Shown here one piece after another: positions 1-13,400 of a DNA stretch of 64,000 bases. The position numbers were made by a program, and so were the translations under genes. How positions within the stretch are numbered: position 1 is the stretch's first letter; each line of letters opens with the position of its first letter. Under the pieces are notes generated by a model. The model made no database searches. It was not told the DNA's origin and saw only the letters and a program-made list of their open reading frames with translations. The stretch covers positions 54,808,001 to 54,872,000 of the forward strand of contig CM060732.1 of the NCBI GenBank assembly GCA_030704615.1. The letters are read 5' to 3'. This DNA comes from Takakia lepidozioides (taxonomy: Eukaryota; Plantae; Bryophyta).

Positions 1-1094
1 GTGGAAAGCACAGAGATGTGGAAACCAAAGAACAAGAGAAAGAACAGAAGAAGAGATTATCTTACATTCACTGGAGGCAGAAGGCTAGACCATAAGATGG
101 TTGATATGAGCAAAACCCAAACACGACTTGAACTTCTGAGGGACTTGATAATCTCCCCGAAGACCAAGATATAGGAAGAGACTGTATTCATACTTGGTTC
201 TTATTGCCGTAGACTTGTGGCCATAGACCCCGCGCCCAGTCCGGGCGGAGAAAGAGGACATAGGCAGAGAGAAATGAAATGAAATGAATTGGTACTTTAA
301 GAAGGAAAAGGAGACTTTGTAGCATCCGTGGGGAGCTCAAAGAGCTTATGGGGCCAAAGAAAACAGAACACAAGAAACAAATAGGGGCCCTTAATATGCA
401 GCCTGGAAATCAACATCGAGAGATTCTGTAAGCTGGAGAGCCTCATGAAGATCTGATCCTCGTAGTGGTAGACCTCTGTCTTCTCTGAATAGACAGTAGT
501 AGCTGCCCTAGGGTTTTTAGTAGAGCGGATAGTGAAAGAAGAAATGTTCTTCAATCTGAAATTCAAGCCTAACTTCTTTACCTAGGACATGAAGTACTCA
601 TAAGACTTTGTTTGCCGTAGCCTTGTGGCCAGTTTGGGCGGTACAAAAGGGACCAGAAACTACCTTTGTGAGGGGCTCACTCCAGCAGTATGACTTACCT
701 TGATCCAAACAAATAGTTCGGGATTTTCAGATATCCCCTAGGAAGCCTTCACACAAGCATCAATCTGCTGTGTGAAGCCCAGAAACATAAAGTGTAAGAG
801 AAATGAGATGAAATGGTGCTTTATAACATCGCGGAAAGCTCATACAGCTTATGGGACAAAATGGAGAGAGATACAGATAAAGGATACAGAAATGAAATGA
901 AATGGTGCTTTACAACGGATAAAGGATACAGAGAGATACAGGAAATTGACGGAAGAAAATAAAATAAAATTCTATAACAAATTAGATCTTGGCAAATGGA
1001 ATGGCATAACCAATTATGCAGCCTCAAAATTCTGGCCTACTTGACATTGTACATCAAATCAAGTAGATAGAGAAAAGCAGAGTAGCAAGGATAC

Positions 1095-4000
1095 CTCTTC
1101 ATCTTTTCCAGCAACTGCGTGGGCGGCGTGCCTAAAATTTTGTGGATTTTCTGTATTTGGTCTAGCTCATTGTTGCCTGCCAATAGGGATAAGGCCTAAA
1201 ATTATAATCCTTCCTCAAGAATCTGTGTAGCAGGATTCCCATATCTAAGTAATCACTACTTCAGATTTTTAGTCTGCTGAAAACAAAACTGCATGCATAG
1301 CAAGCTACAAACCTGCATGCAGAGTAAGCTACAAACGCATTCTGTTCTTTCAGCTGCGGATTATCCGGACTGCAGGATGACCTGTTGTTGGAATTGAAGC
1401 ATGCCAGCCGTGGCTATGGCTTCATGAAATCTCCTCTGCTCTTTACCAAACAACCTTCTCGTCTTCTAATAGTGGGATTGGTAGTACTTTCATTTTGTGG
1501 GTAATGTTATGGTATGTCATCATTTGCAGGAAACTGCCCAATGGAATTTTACTGCTGGCACCTGATTCCTTGCAAAAGTCATGTGCCCTTACTAGCACAC
1601 TGTTGCCAAGGACCACAACGTGACCTACGTTACAGAGTTCAATCTCAACAAATGCTGAAAGGGATTGTAAGATGGTGAAGGCTGGGAAAGCAGACCTGGA
1701 AAGAGGGGAAAGAGGCTGACAATCTCAAAGAATACACAGCCCACACCCCACATGTCCATCTTGTAGTTGTAATACCCGTCTGTCAACAAGCACTCTGGTG
1801 CCCGATACCTTCACTCCACCATCCACACAAAATCTTCCTTGACAGTAGTACTTGGAATTGCAATTCATTGATTCATACTCTTGAAAATGTATCTTATGCT
1901 TGAATCTACAAACACTGTGTTGCCTGATGCCTGCCCCATTCAATCCATGGATTCTTTCAACATTTGACACTGCGTTACCCTTGTGATTCACGATTTTCTG
2001 GGCCTCTCCTCATCCCCCCACCCCGAAAGAGAGAGAGAGAACCTTAACTTTCAATCTGTATTCTTACTAAGATTGGGAGACGGATCAGGAAACACAACCA
2101 TACAGAGAAGGAACAGAAGAGTTGGGGCGCACCATCGGGTGGAGATGTACTCTGTGTAGGGCTGCTTTGAATACACGCCTCGACAACTTCCAAAGTCCGC
2201 AAGCTAGGTCCCCACACATCCCCAGAAACCAACTATCACTTTCATACTTATCCTTACTCCTGGAGGGATTGTCATACACATAAGCCTTACTTTACTGGCA
2301 TTGTTGCTTCTAACCTTGATGCTCCTTACCAAACCTGAGTTGCTCTGGATCTTTCTTAAATCAGAGGTTCCCTTTGAAAGCATTATCACTGTCTCTCCTT
2401 TTGCTCAGTTGGAGAAGCTTCTCTTTCTCTTTCTTTATAAAGTACCATTTCGTTTCTTCCGAAAATCAAAAGTGATCACCGTCCTCTCTACTATTGAGAT
2501 CCATGGGGTATTCTATTGTCTATTCCAAGGTACCCAATCTCTCACAGAGGTCTTCCATTACGAGGATTGGAAATGCTTAGCAGCATATCTGCATGAAGCC
2601 TTGACTCTTAGACAAACCCTTGAGCGATTGTTGTTTTTGGGCTGCTTGTAGGGGCCCCTCTTTCTTCCACTGTCTCACTGAAGTCTTCCAATATGAGGAT
2701 CAGAAATGCTTGGCAGCTTACCTGCACGATTCCTTCACCCTTAGACAATCCCTCGAGCAGTAGTTGCTTTTGGGCTGTTTTTTTTTTGGCTCTGGTTTCG
2801 TTTCGTCTCTCATGTTTTTTTTCCCATTTTGTCCCATAAGCCCTTTGAGCTTTCCGCGGACGTTATAAAGTACCATTTCATTTCACTTCTTTGTTTCATG
2901 CTTTCTCTTGTCCCATAAGCTCTTTGAGCTTTCCACGGACATCATAAAGTACAAGTTCATTTTATTTCTTCCCATAAGCTCTTTGACCTTCCCACAGACG
3001 TTATAAAGTACCATTTCATTTCATTTCTCTCTCGTTTCTCTCTCTCTCGCGTGCGCGGCAGCACGTCGGCGCTCGCGCGTCGGCGCTGCGCTCACGGGCG
3101 TTGGCGCGCTAGTGCCATCTCCACCACACCATGACGTCCAAACGCCAAAGGACGGCTGCCGACGAGGTAGACTACCCGTCTCCCTCACGTCGACCTGATT
3201 CCCCTATGCTTCTTCTTCCTGCCCCTGTCTCTCATCAAGCCTCTCCTTTGCGTCAGTACTCCACAAGGAGTGCGGATGTTCAAACGCTTCGGGACCAAAT
3301 CTCCATCTTACAAACGAAATGCATCTCGGAGGAGACTCTGCAGCAAGTGCTCGCCGCCCGTGACAATGACTCGGAAGAGCGGGTGGCTTCCCTAGACAAA
3401 GACTGGGAGACGCGGATGGCTTCCCTTAACAAAAATTGGGAAAAGCGCATGGATTCCTTGGACAAAGATTGGCAGAAGCGCATGACAGACAGATACACAG
3501 ACTTGGAGAACAATATGCGAGTTCAGGATAGCGTTTTGCGGGCCTCTCTTCAGGAGTGCACTAGCAAACTTCAAGCTCTGGCGAAACATCTCAATGACAA
3601 ATCCACACATACGCGTCTTTCAAAACTTGAAGGCGAAGTGAAGACCTTCACAGAGAAGAGCCTCCCAGATCCCCTCACAGCAAGCATCCACCTGCAGGTG
3701 GAATCCCTTAGCAAAGAGCTGGAAACACACAGAACTGCGACGTCTACAATGGCTCGGGAGCTCCAAGCTCACAAGGCAGAGGCCTCCTCCTGGCTAATAT
3801 AGTTAAGGGGAGCACATCCAACAACAGTCCTCACTCTCTGGAGGAGACAGTCTCGGCTACCTTGCGAGAGGAACAGCAACGGGCTTTCAAAGCCCTTAAC
3901 ATCAGGGTCACTGGGAAGCTAGGGGGCCTTGCTGAGGGGGACCCTCTTGATGCTGCCACCAGCCTTATTCAGCAAAACCTTGCTCTCCCACGGGGCGCGA

Positions 4001-7000
4001 GTGGCATTGAAAGGGCTTGGCGTGCAGGATCTTTAGAGCACAAAGTCCTCTTCATTAGATTCAAGGACAAGGGTGCTCGGGATAGAGTCCTCAGGCAGAG
4101 GCCTCAATTGAGAGGTTAGGGTATGTACCTCAACGATGACTTGACCCCTTTGCAATACAACGCCATGCGGGCGCAACTCTTGCAGGTTAAGCAAGCTCGA
4201 GCTCAAGGGCACTATGTCGTGTACCGAGATGGGAGAGTAATTGTCCGGGAGCACGAACGTCGCCCCTCTAGCTCTAAATAGGGGTTGGGCCACCATGAGA
4301 CCAACGCACGCTCACATCTACACATTGGCTCATGGAACTGTAATGGCTCGTTGTGGAGCCACCCTCAAGGGCTTCTAGATATTCTTTCCAAGTGTGATGT
4401 TCTTTTTCTTTTGGAAACTCATGCGTATGAAGGAAAGGACCCCCCTTTTATTCTCGGGTATAGCTTTCAGTCAGTGATTCGTCCACGTACAGGTCTCAAA
4501 GGATCTGGAGGTGTGGCTTGTTACTTTGCTGACTGGCTTCTCCCACTTATCTCCTTCCCATACAAAGACCCACTGGCAAGGTACATTTGGTGTCACATCA
4601 AAGGCTACAACATCCTGCTGGCGGGATGTTATTTTGCTCCGGCCGCATCTCCGCACAGCGGCCTACGTATTCGAACAGATTCACCATATGTTCCATTGGA
4701 AGACGATATGGCCCGTCTCCGTACCCCACAAACCGACATTTTCTTGGTTGGAGATTTCAACGCCCGTACAGGATCACTACAGGCCCCACCTTCGACCACA
4801 CAGATCCTCTACACATCCAACGCTCGCATACGGAATTGGAGAGGCAAAGTGCAGATTCCTCTTGCAAAATCACAAGTTACGGTCACCATCTACTCAAGTT
4901 TTGTGAAACTCAGGGGCTGTCCATTTACAATGGAACAACCAACTTCAAATCCTCTAGCCAGTTCACTTGCCACACTTACAAGGGCCAAAGAGTGGTTGAC
5001 TATCTCTTGGGGAGCCCCAACAAGCCTGATAGAATAAGCTCCTTTTACATCACGAGGTACCCAGATTCTGATCACTCTTGCCTTTCCTTTGCATTTCCTT
5101 CCATCTCCCTCCCCGTGAGGATCCCCTCTGCGTCTCTTCCCTTACACCCACGTATCCACTTTAATACCCCTTTCTCTCACTTACACGACGCCGAGTATGA
5201 AACATACCTAGCGTCAACCCTCCCTTCCATTCTACATCTATCATCTCCTAACGACAAGGCTACACATCTTACTCAAGCCCTTTGGGACTCAGCCCTGCGA
5301 TCCTTTCCCGTCACCCTTCCATCTACCTCCTCACCCTTCTCCACTCGTCGTTACGCACCATTTTATGATGAGGAATGCAAGACTGCTAGACGTCGCATCA
5401 AATTTTTACTACTTGATACCAATTCTTCTCCAGAGTCCACTAATCTTGCTCTTAAGCACTATAAGTCCCTCATTAGATCCAAAAAGCAAGCCTACACTAT
5501 CAAGTTGCAATCTTCTTTCCTTGCTAAAATCAGATTTTCTCCTCGATCTTTTTGGTCCCTCCTTAAACCTCATAGAGATCCCCCCCCAATCAGTGACATT
5601 CATGTCTGGCATGAGTATGCACAGTCTTTGTACCATTCCCCAACCCAAACTCCTTCTCCTATAACCTCTAAACCCCTTCACTTCTCTCTCTTTACTACAG
5701 CCAATGTCAGTAAGGCAATCAAGAAGCTGCAAAATGGCAGAGCGGTGGACATTTCAGGACTTCAGAGTGAATTCATCAAGCATGCTGCACCTACTTTAGC
5801 CCCTTTTATAGCTAACCTCTTCAATGAGGTGGTGCAACGGGGCTTCCCAACAGAGTGGACAAAGAGCATCATCCACCCACTTTTTAAGAGCGGTGACAGG
5901 CTCGCACCGACAAACTATCGTACTATCATGGTGTCCTCATTACTTGCTAAACTGTTTGGGGCAGTAGTGGCCATGGAACTGGATGATTGGGCTGAGCACT
6001 CTCGCATTCGTGCTGAGGGACAGGCTGGTTTCCGTCGAAACCGATCCACTATTGACCACATCTTCACTCTTCAAGTTATGGTGGAAAGTGCACGCTATGA
6101 CAAAAGAATGGTCTATGTTTGCTTCGTGGACTTTCACAAAGCCTTTGATTCAGTTCCTCGGGACCTTCTCTTCCAACGGCTCCATAGAGTGGAAGTCCCT
6201 CCAGACATCCTTTGTGCCATCTCTTCTATGTATGAGATTGTCACTGGCATGGTCAACGTCGCTGGTGAATTCTCAGCCGAGATCCACAGCAACATTGGAG
6301 TCAAACAGGGCTGCCCCCTTTCACCTACCCTGTTCGGGATCTACATTGACGCCTTGGAGAATTACATATCAAAAAACCATGGGGTTGGGGTCCCATTGGA
6401 TGGGGGACCAACCCAATCAGATCTCCTCTATGCTGATGATGTTGCCCTTTTGGCACAATCCCTGGTCTTTCTGCAACGCCATCTCAAAATTTTGGAACAG
6501 TTCTGCAAAGACTATGGGATGCAGGTCAATCTTAGCAAGACCAAGATCATGGTCTTCAATGGCCAGGCTGATCGTAGATTCATCTTCAACCAGCAGGAAA
6601 TTGAGATTGTGAAATCATACCGGTACCTAGGTCTGGTTATCCACTCCCCCAAGTTTCACTTTGCAGCCACTGCCTTGGACAGGTTGACTAAAGGTAAGGC
6701 GGCCTCCGTCCGCCTTCAGGCCAAATGCAGCAAATACATCTGCGGCATCCCCCGACAAAAAAGTGGCTGTTTGACACCGTCGTCAGCCCTGCTACCATCT
6801 ATGGTTGTGAGTTCTGGGCACCTGGTGTCCCTGTCTCCTGGTGGGAAAAGAATTTGGAACCATTACAGTCATCTTTTCTCCAAGCAATGCTTGGCGCCAG
6901 GAGCACAACTCCATCTCAGATCCTAGGTGCAGAGTTCGCATGTGTACCATTGCAATCCGAGGCCCTCTTCAGGCTTACAATCTTTCTCCATAGATTGCAG

Positions 7001-9554
7001 GCCCTTCCACCCAAAGGGCTAGTGGCTAGGACCCTCACAACATCTATGAGGCTCAAAGCTGCAGGTTTCAGGAACTCCTGGTATGCTCGAGTGGACAGTT
7101 TATTTCAACGTAACGGGCTTTCTACTGCTTTCCTATTACCAATGAATCCAGATGAGGTGGACATCACATCCAGACATGACCGCAACAGACTCATTCGGAG
7201 AGAGCTTATGGAATTACATGTCAAGAGAACTTGGATGCTACCCAATCTCACGACAAAGCTCCACTTCTATCGAGAGACATTCTTGGTGCTCCGCGATGAT
7301 AGAATCTTGAGACCAAATTACCTTTCAGCACCCTTATCTCCTTCCCTCTTGAGGGCATTGGGGCAGTTCAGGGTGGGTTCCCACAACCTACGGATAGAGA
7401 CTGGCAGATGGGAAAACCTGCAACGGGAGGACCGCCTATGTCCAGCTTGCATAGGACGCAGCAAGGAAATTGAAACTGAAGAACACTTCTTCTTCTACTG
7501 CCCTCTATACTACGAGATCCGTGGGAGATTCCACTGTTTATTCAATGGAACCCAAACTCCTTTATTCAATGAACCCAACTCTCACTGATGTCTTTCACTA
7601 TGAGGATCAAAAATGCTTGCAGCCTACCTACACGAGGCCTTCACCCTTAGACAATCGCTAGAACATTAATTGTGGTTTCTGGATTTGTTCCTCTCTCATG
7701 TTTTCTTCCATTTTGTCCCATAAGCTCTACGAGCTTTCCGCGGACGTTATAAAGCACTATTTCATTTCATTTCTTCCTGTGCAACATGCAGATCAAGAGC
7801 TAATGCAGGCTCCAAAGGTACCTATCTACATGTCCAAATTTTATTACCTTGAGAGCTTCCTCCATGATGAGAATGTTTTCGGGCTTTAAGTCGCGATGGA
7901 AGATGCCATTGCGATGCATGTGGTCCATAGCTGCACCAGGGCATCCTCCCCCACTTCAGCCTCACATTTATGGCCCACCCCAAAGTGACAGATGGGAATC
8001 CATTAGAAACAGATTATCTCAAGAAAAGCCACAGCTCAGAGTTGATACACTTAAAAGTAGAGAGCCAGAAAGAAGACCACTAGCCTCGTACCCCCAGTGG
8101 AGGTTTAGAAGGAGGAAGGCTGAACCTTTCATGAGTTGGTACATGTAGGTTTTGATACGGTCTTCTGCCACATAGCTGCGGCGTCCACGGATGAGCTCGT
8201 AGATGTTCATCTCCATTAACTCGAACACCAAGGCCAGTCTTCCTGTTGGCTGATCGCTGTAGGCACCCACCATAGCCAACTTGTTACAAATCCTCTATGG
8301 CCTTCTTATGGTCTGTGATATTCCAAACTAAGTTTTGACATTACCATGTGAGTCAGTACCACAGTGGGTAGATTGTTCTGTATATGACAATTTTTCACCC
8401 TAAATCATTGAAGATTATCTTGATCCCGGAAAGCACAGTACCTCACTCATTAGATTTCAATTTAAACCCAAATTGCTAGCTTTTGAGTCCACAACTGCTT
8501 TCTGGTCACTAGAAAGCCCACAATTTTTAATAACCAAACCAAGATCAAACTGGAGAGGTAGAGACACCTACTAGAGGACTTCTAGAAGTTTGATGACATT
8601 GGGATGTGGGGAGAGCCTCTGCAATGCTTGTATCTCCCGTAAGCTGGTTACCTGTACTTTAGAAGTCAAGGGTGAGAACTAGTGCCACCCTCTCCTTTAC
8701 CATGGCATTCATGTTTGAAACCATCTTAAGTCAAGCTTCATCTCACACATGGGACGCAAAGGTGCCAGCCAATTATGTAAGTGATGAGCAACAGTTATGG
8801 CCTGAGACTGACATGAAATGAAATGAAATGGTGCTTTATAACGTCCGCGGAAAGCTCGTAGAGCTTATGGGACAAAATGGAAGAAAACATGAGAGAGGAA
8901 CAAATCCAGAAACCACAATTAATGTTCTAGCGATTGTCTAAGGGTGAAGGCCTCGTGTAGGTAGGCTGCCACGCATTTTTTATCCTCATAGTGAAAGACA
9001 TCAGTGAGAGTTTGGGTACCTGGTCATTGGCAAAGCATTAGCTACCTTTTTCTCTTCTCTCATATCTCTTCAGTTTCTTCTGTCCTTTGTATCATAGATT
9101 TAGAGGGAGATAATGCTGTCTTTACAGAGGCTGTTCATCCTTGGCAAAGGGATTTAGTTAAGAAAACCGGACATAATGAGAGCTTTTGTGTTTGAGGAGC
9201 AATGCCCTCCTCACACTCTCTTTTATGGTAAATAGGCAAATAGCTGACAGAATAACTTAGTGATACAACACCCAGCAAAGTTGCATGGCCACAGCTGAAA
9301 ATTGTCCAAATTCGCTGAAAAGCGCCCAAATGTTGTCATAGCCCCTGTGGGGTACAGTATTGCATAATCACATGCAGCCTAAAAATGAGTGCCCGTTAGT
9401 CATAGGTGTAGAGAGAGGGGGAAATGGACCTGCTCGATGCTGTCGAAGTTGCTCTTCATGCATTTGATGGCTACGTATTTGCTGGTCTTGATGCATTGTG
9501 CTTTCAACACCTCGGAGAAGGTGCCCTCCCCTTTCTTCGCTAGCATTCGATATT
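1095..9554 (-). CDS. MOK/LF4-like (MAPK/MAK/MRK-overlapping) Ser/Thr kinase, multi-exon, 3' end not found and probably beyond window start
   Basis: GT-AG exons with consistent phases: 9554-9430 ([26 protein letters not shown]), 8651-8572 ([26 protein letters not shown]), 8256-8126 ([20 protein letters not shown]), 7930-7848 ([16 protein letters not shown]), 2203-2133 ([24 protein letters not shown]), 1808-1696 ([24 protein letters not shown]), 1176-1095 ([17 protein letters not shown]). The TEY loop and these motifs match MOK/LF4. The first micro-exon is uncertain (candidate ATGCAGG|gt at 13218-13212). Confidence 0.9.
2494..3027 (+). repeat. Stack of about four 5'-truncated 3' ends of the same LINE family
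   Basis: Repeated cccataagctc..gagctttcc.cggacgttataaagtaccatttcatttc blocks matching 7715-7773. Confidence 0.85.
3030..7773 (+). mobile_element. Near full-length non-LTR retrotransposon (RTE-X-like LINE), decayed, in a kinase intron
   Basis: ORF1 3131-4281 (coiled coil, YLNDDLT motif; one frameshift and a stop). ORF2 4285-~7590: APE endonuclease ([14 protein letters not shown]), RT ([32 protein letters not shown]), C-terminal [11 protein letters not shown]..CxxC..ETEEHF..CP; frameshifts near 4785 and 6725. (ATTTC)n tail ends at 7773. Confidence 0.9.
8815..9016 (-). mobile_element. 5'-truncated LINE 3' end
   Basis: Near-identical reverse complement of 7575-7773. Similar short copies at ~272-480, ~803-915, ~9885-10120, ~10953-11070, ~16940-17168, ~21735-21920 and ~22800-22923 (all -), and ~20100-20375 (+). 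Confidence 0.85.
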
Positions 9555-11599
9555 CTGTAGGCAGCAAAGATGGAGATATGGATGAAGGGAAGGAAATAGA
9601 AGCAAGAGGCTTTCTATCAGAGGTGTGTCAAAATCCTTAACATGGAGAGTAGCCATAGAAACGACCACCAAGGCAGTTTGTTTAAGAAACCAGTGTAGCG
9701 TAAGCTTGTTCTGGACACTGCAACTAGACTGCCTCTGACACTGTTTAACAGGACAGTCTTGCTTCCAAGAAATGGAATTGATCATCTTAGCGTATCTGGT
9801 ATTAGGCATGCGATTCAACTGACCCCACCATCATCAAAGAGAGACAGCATGGTGAGAGTAAACGAAATTTTCATGTCCACAAGAGAAATGAAATGAAATG
9901 GTATGAGGCGTACTTTAAAAGGTCCTCAGAAAGCTCAAAGAGCTGCTGGGACAAGAGAAATGAAATGGTACTTTATAATGTCCGTGGAAAGCTCAAAGAG
10001 CTTATGGGACAATAGGAGGCAAGAAACAAGAAAGAGAGAGGGGCCCACCACAAAAGCAACAATTTCCTCAAGAAGAGTCAATGCCCCATGCAGGTAAGCT
10101 GCCAAGCATTTCCGATCCTCGAGAGAAAGGTAAACCAGCTGCAGCATATGATCTCATCTAATCACCAGGAAACCAATGATGTGCCTTATACCAACTCAGC
10201 CAGATAGACACCAGCAATGGAAATAAACTCCTTGGTGGGGACAGGCCACAAATGCAGCCCCAGGCCCCACGGATGCAGCTGCCAGCCATGTCCACCAGTC
10301 TCTACCCTAGAGTAAAAAATCCTCTTTCTATTAGTCCCTATTGGAATCTGAAAATGATTTGACATGATACTGGAACTGCCATCAGGCCACAACCGGGTCA
10401 AAATTTACCCTGTGCTACTTGGGTTTTGCATGGTACAGACTAACCATGGTTGCTGGCTGTAGATACAGTGATAAGAGGAGCGGAACTTCTCAAAAAAGGA
10501 ATCCACAGAGGGAGGAAGCTGAAAAAAAGTACTTTTCTTGCACACAGCTGGAACATCTGGGAAACTTAGATCCAACCGATCCATCCTTTTGTATGAAGGA
10601 GGCTTTTGCCCTGTGATTGTGAGATCAGGGATGCAGGAGACTTTCTCCTTCAATTTCAAGAGGTCACCGTAGTTGGGGCGCCTCGGTATGCACAACTTCA
10701 ATACTGGTGGTGGATGCCATATATCAGTATATAGACTCTCACACAAATAGAGAAAGGGGAACTATGCATTGAGACTGCTAGCCAAACCGTGTGACCGTAC
10801 ACATGCTCTGCTTGGAAGGACGAAGGAGAAGAAGTCAAAAATGTAATATGTCCTAGGGCCTATGGACCAATTGAAGAGAAGCCCAGAGAGGAAAGTCATC
10901 CAGAGAACAGAGAGCTTTTTGGTCAAGAAATCACAACACATGAAACCACCGGAGAAATGAAATGAAATGAAATTGTACTTTATAATGTCTGCGAAAAGCT
11001 CAAAGAGCTTATAAAGGAGAAATGTGAAATGAAGTGGAACTTTATAACGTCCGCAGAAAGCTCAAAGGAAATTAAGAGCAACCATGTCAAACCTGACAAA
11101 GAGCTTTTGAAATTACGTCCACAGGAAGTTGAAAGGGTCCAAGGGATACCAAAAGATTTTGAGCTTAGCAGAGAAATTAAACACACATTCATGATAGATG
11201 ATAACAAACCACAAAACAGACTATTACATACACAACATATGCAGTGTGATGGAGGGAGGGTTGATGAAGTACTGTGCATTGTGTGTCCAGAGGGAGAGAG
11301 TAGTTTGATGCCCCAAGAGCTCCAATAGTGACGGGATGAGCCTGAACATGGCGCTGTGTACCAACCGCGCCCTCACATCGCCAGGTTTCTGCCCTAGCTA
11401 TGTGCGTCATTGCTGGCCTCCTCCTCGCTGGTTGCCCTCTGATAATAGGCCTTTCATTCTTGATTCCTCACTGACCCCTCCTGAGCTGCATTTTCTCCGT
11501 CTCTCCTTCAATATACTGCAACACTAAGCTAGCTAACCCAACATGAAGTCGCCTCAAAAACCAATAGAGGTTAGGAATGTTGTTGGAAGTACTCGATGT

Positions 11600-13400
11600 T
11601 GAGAAGTCTTAAACTCATCCAGGTGGTCTAAACTGGCTATGACCGGCTGAAACGTGCCCCAGCAGTCTGTGATCTGGGATTGCGACCTTGTCATTTACCT
11701 CCCAATCTTCTTACAGCCTGCATTTACCAAGTTACAAGCATACTTGAAAGCCAGGTGCTCTATATCCATAAACGTGAGCCAAAAGCTTTCAGTGCAAAAA
11801 CAAGTTTATTGATACTTCAAGAACCCCTCCCACAAAATTGGCTTAGTTTCTCAAACCTTTCAAATGAATGCCAAAGGTGAAGAAATTCATGACTTGGAAG
11901 TCAGCCAAGCTGCAGAGAATTTGACCAGGCACATAAAAACCCAATCTCCAATAACCTTCAAGTCCATTGTGAATGAGGCACCAGGCTTCAAGGTGGGACT
12001 CCTGGTGAAGGTGAAATGTTTGCAAGTAGGATACACATCCTTAACAGCCTCTACAGACTGGGTTTTCCTTCGCAAAGTTACATGTGAGTTGTTGAACAAA
12101 GCCTCTGGCACTCAGGAAAAGAACCATGACGTTGTCTCGATATAAAACTAGACCATTTCCAACACATAAACGTACATGTATAGATACTATTGGGTGGAAG
12201 TTGGAGGTCATGTATCAGACTTGCTTAACAAAACCGTCTCAACTATGTCCAATACCTGTAGGCTTGTGTCTTGACAATCCTCAGCAAAAACACACGGCGT
12301 GCCAGGATGTGTAAGAATGTAGACATATCTGTCATAGCAAACATGATCATATCTGAGTGTCATCATAGTTTAAAACAATCTCACCAAATGCACCATTACA
12401 ATGCACTGCATATGAGTCTCATAAAATTCCAAGAATTAAAGCACTGCTGGCTCATAGCACCTGCTTGTGGAACCTCTTCTGAATTATCAGGTTTCTGTTC
12501 TCTTGAGACTGGAACCTACACCTGGAGGTTACAGAAGCAGTCTGATCTTTCTCTCCTTCGCACACACTATTTTTCAGTGTTGAAACCAACATCCTTGGGT
12601 ATGCGGATGATGCCACTCTGCAGTAACAAGACTGCCATAGGTTGGTTGTGTGCACATACTATACCAATTTCAAGCCGAGTTTCAAAATCCTGGTGGTTCA
12701 AACCAATGACTGGTTATCCACGTGGACTATGCCCTAAAGCTATAAAAGGCAAGATCTGCATGGAACCAATATGTCTGTTCATTTAGATAGGGCGAAATCA
12801 TGCATACCCCAACTTGCTGCGCCATGTTGGACATGGCCAGAGCTTCGGTTCTGACCCAGTGCTGTGGTTGTCCAAGAATGCTATAGCCTGCTTAGCATCA
12901 AGACCATTGATGTCACTTTCCACAACACTGAGTGAAAGCACTTAACAATATCCGAGAGTACAGACAACAAACTTGGATCTACCAACCAATCATCCTCTCT
13001 GGATACATTTACTTTGTACAAAACAATTGGAAACCTCCACAGGAAAATTATACTACCAATATCAAATAACTGCATCAGCCTTGATGCACATCAGAAAGTG
13101 GCTTTCATTTCTTGCCATTTCAGACCACCATCCAAGTAGGCCAGATGGTTTTCCTTCGCAATCACTCAACCGCCAGTATTCCGTGTGCCTCAACCGCCCG
13201 CTGAAGTATACCCTGCATAGAATCAGACTGTATCAAAACTCCCCTCCTTTTCAAACCTCAACACCCCTCCAAAAAGTTTTTAATGGGAGATTACCTGCAA
13301 TTACAATGATGGATTAACTTTGCAAACCAGTAAACCACTTTGGTAGCAACTTCAGAAAGGACCAACCTTCAACTCCAATGCAGCAATCATCGAGTAGGCT
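11600..13400 (-). mobile_element. Possible highly decayed L1-type LINE remnant
   Basis: Stop-riddled minus-strand reading with a CxxC...HL...WC-like segment near 12070-11960; no intact domain seen. Confidence 0.3.
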
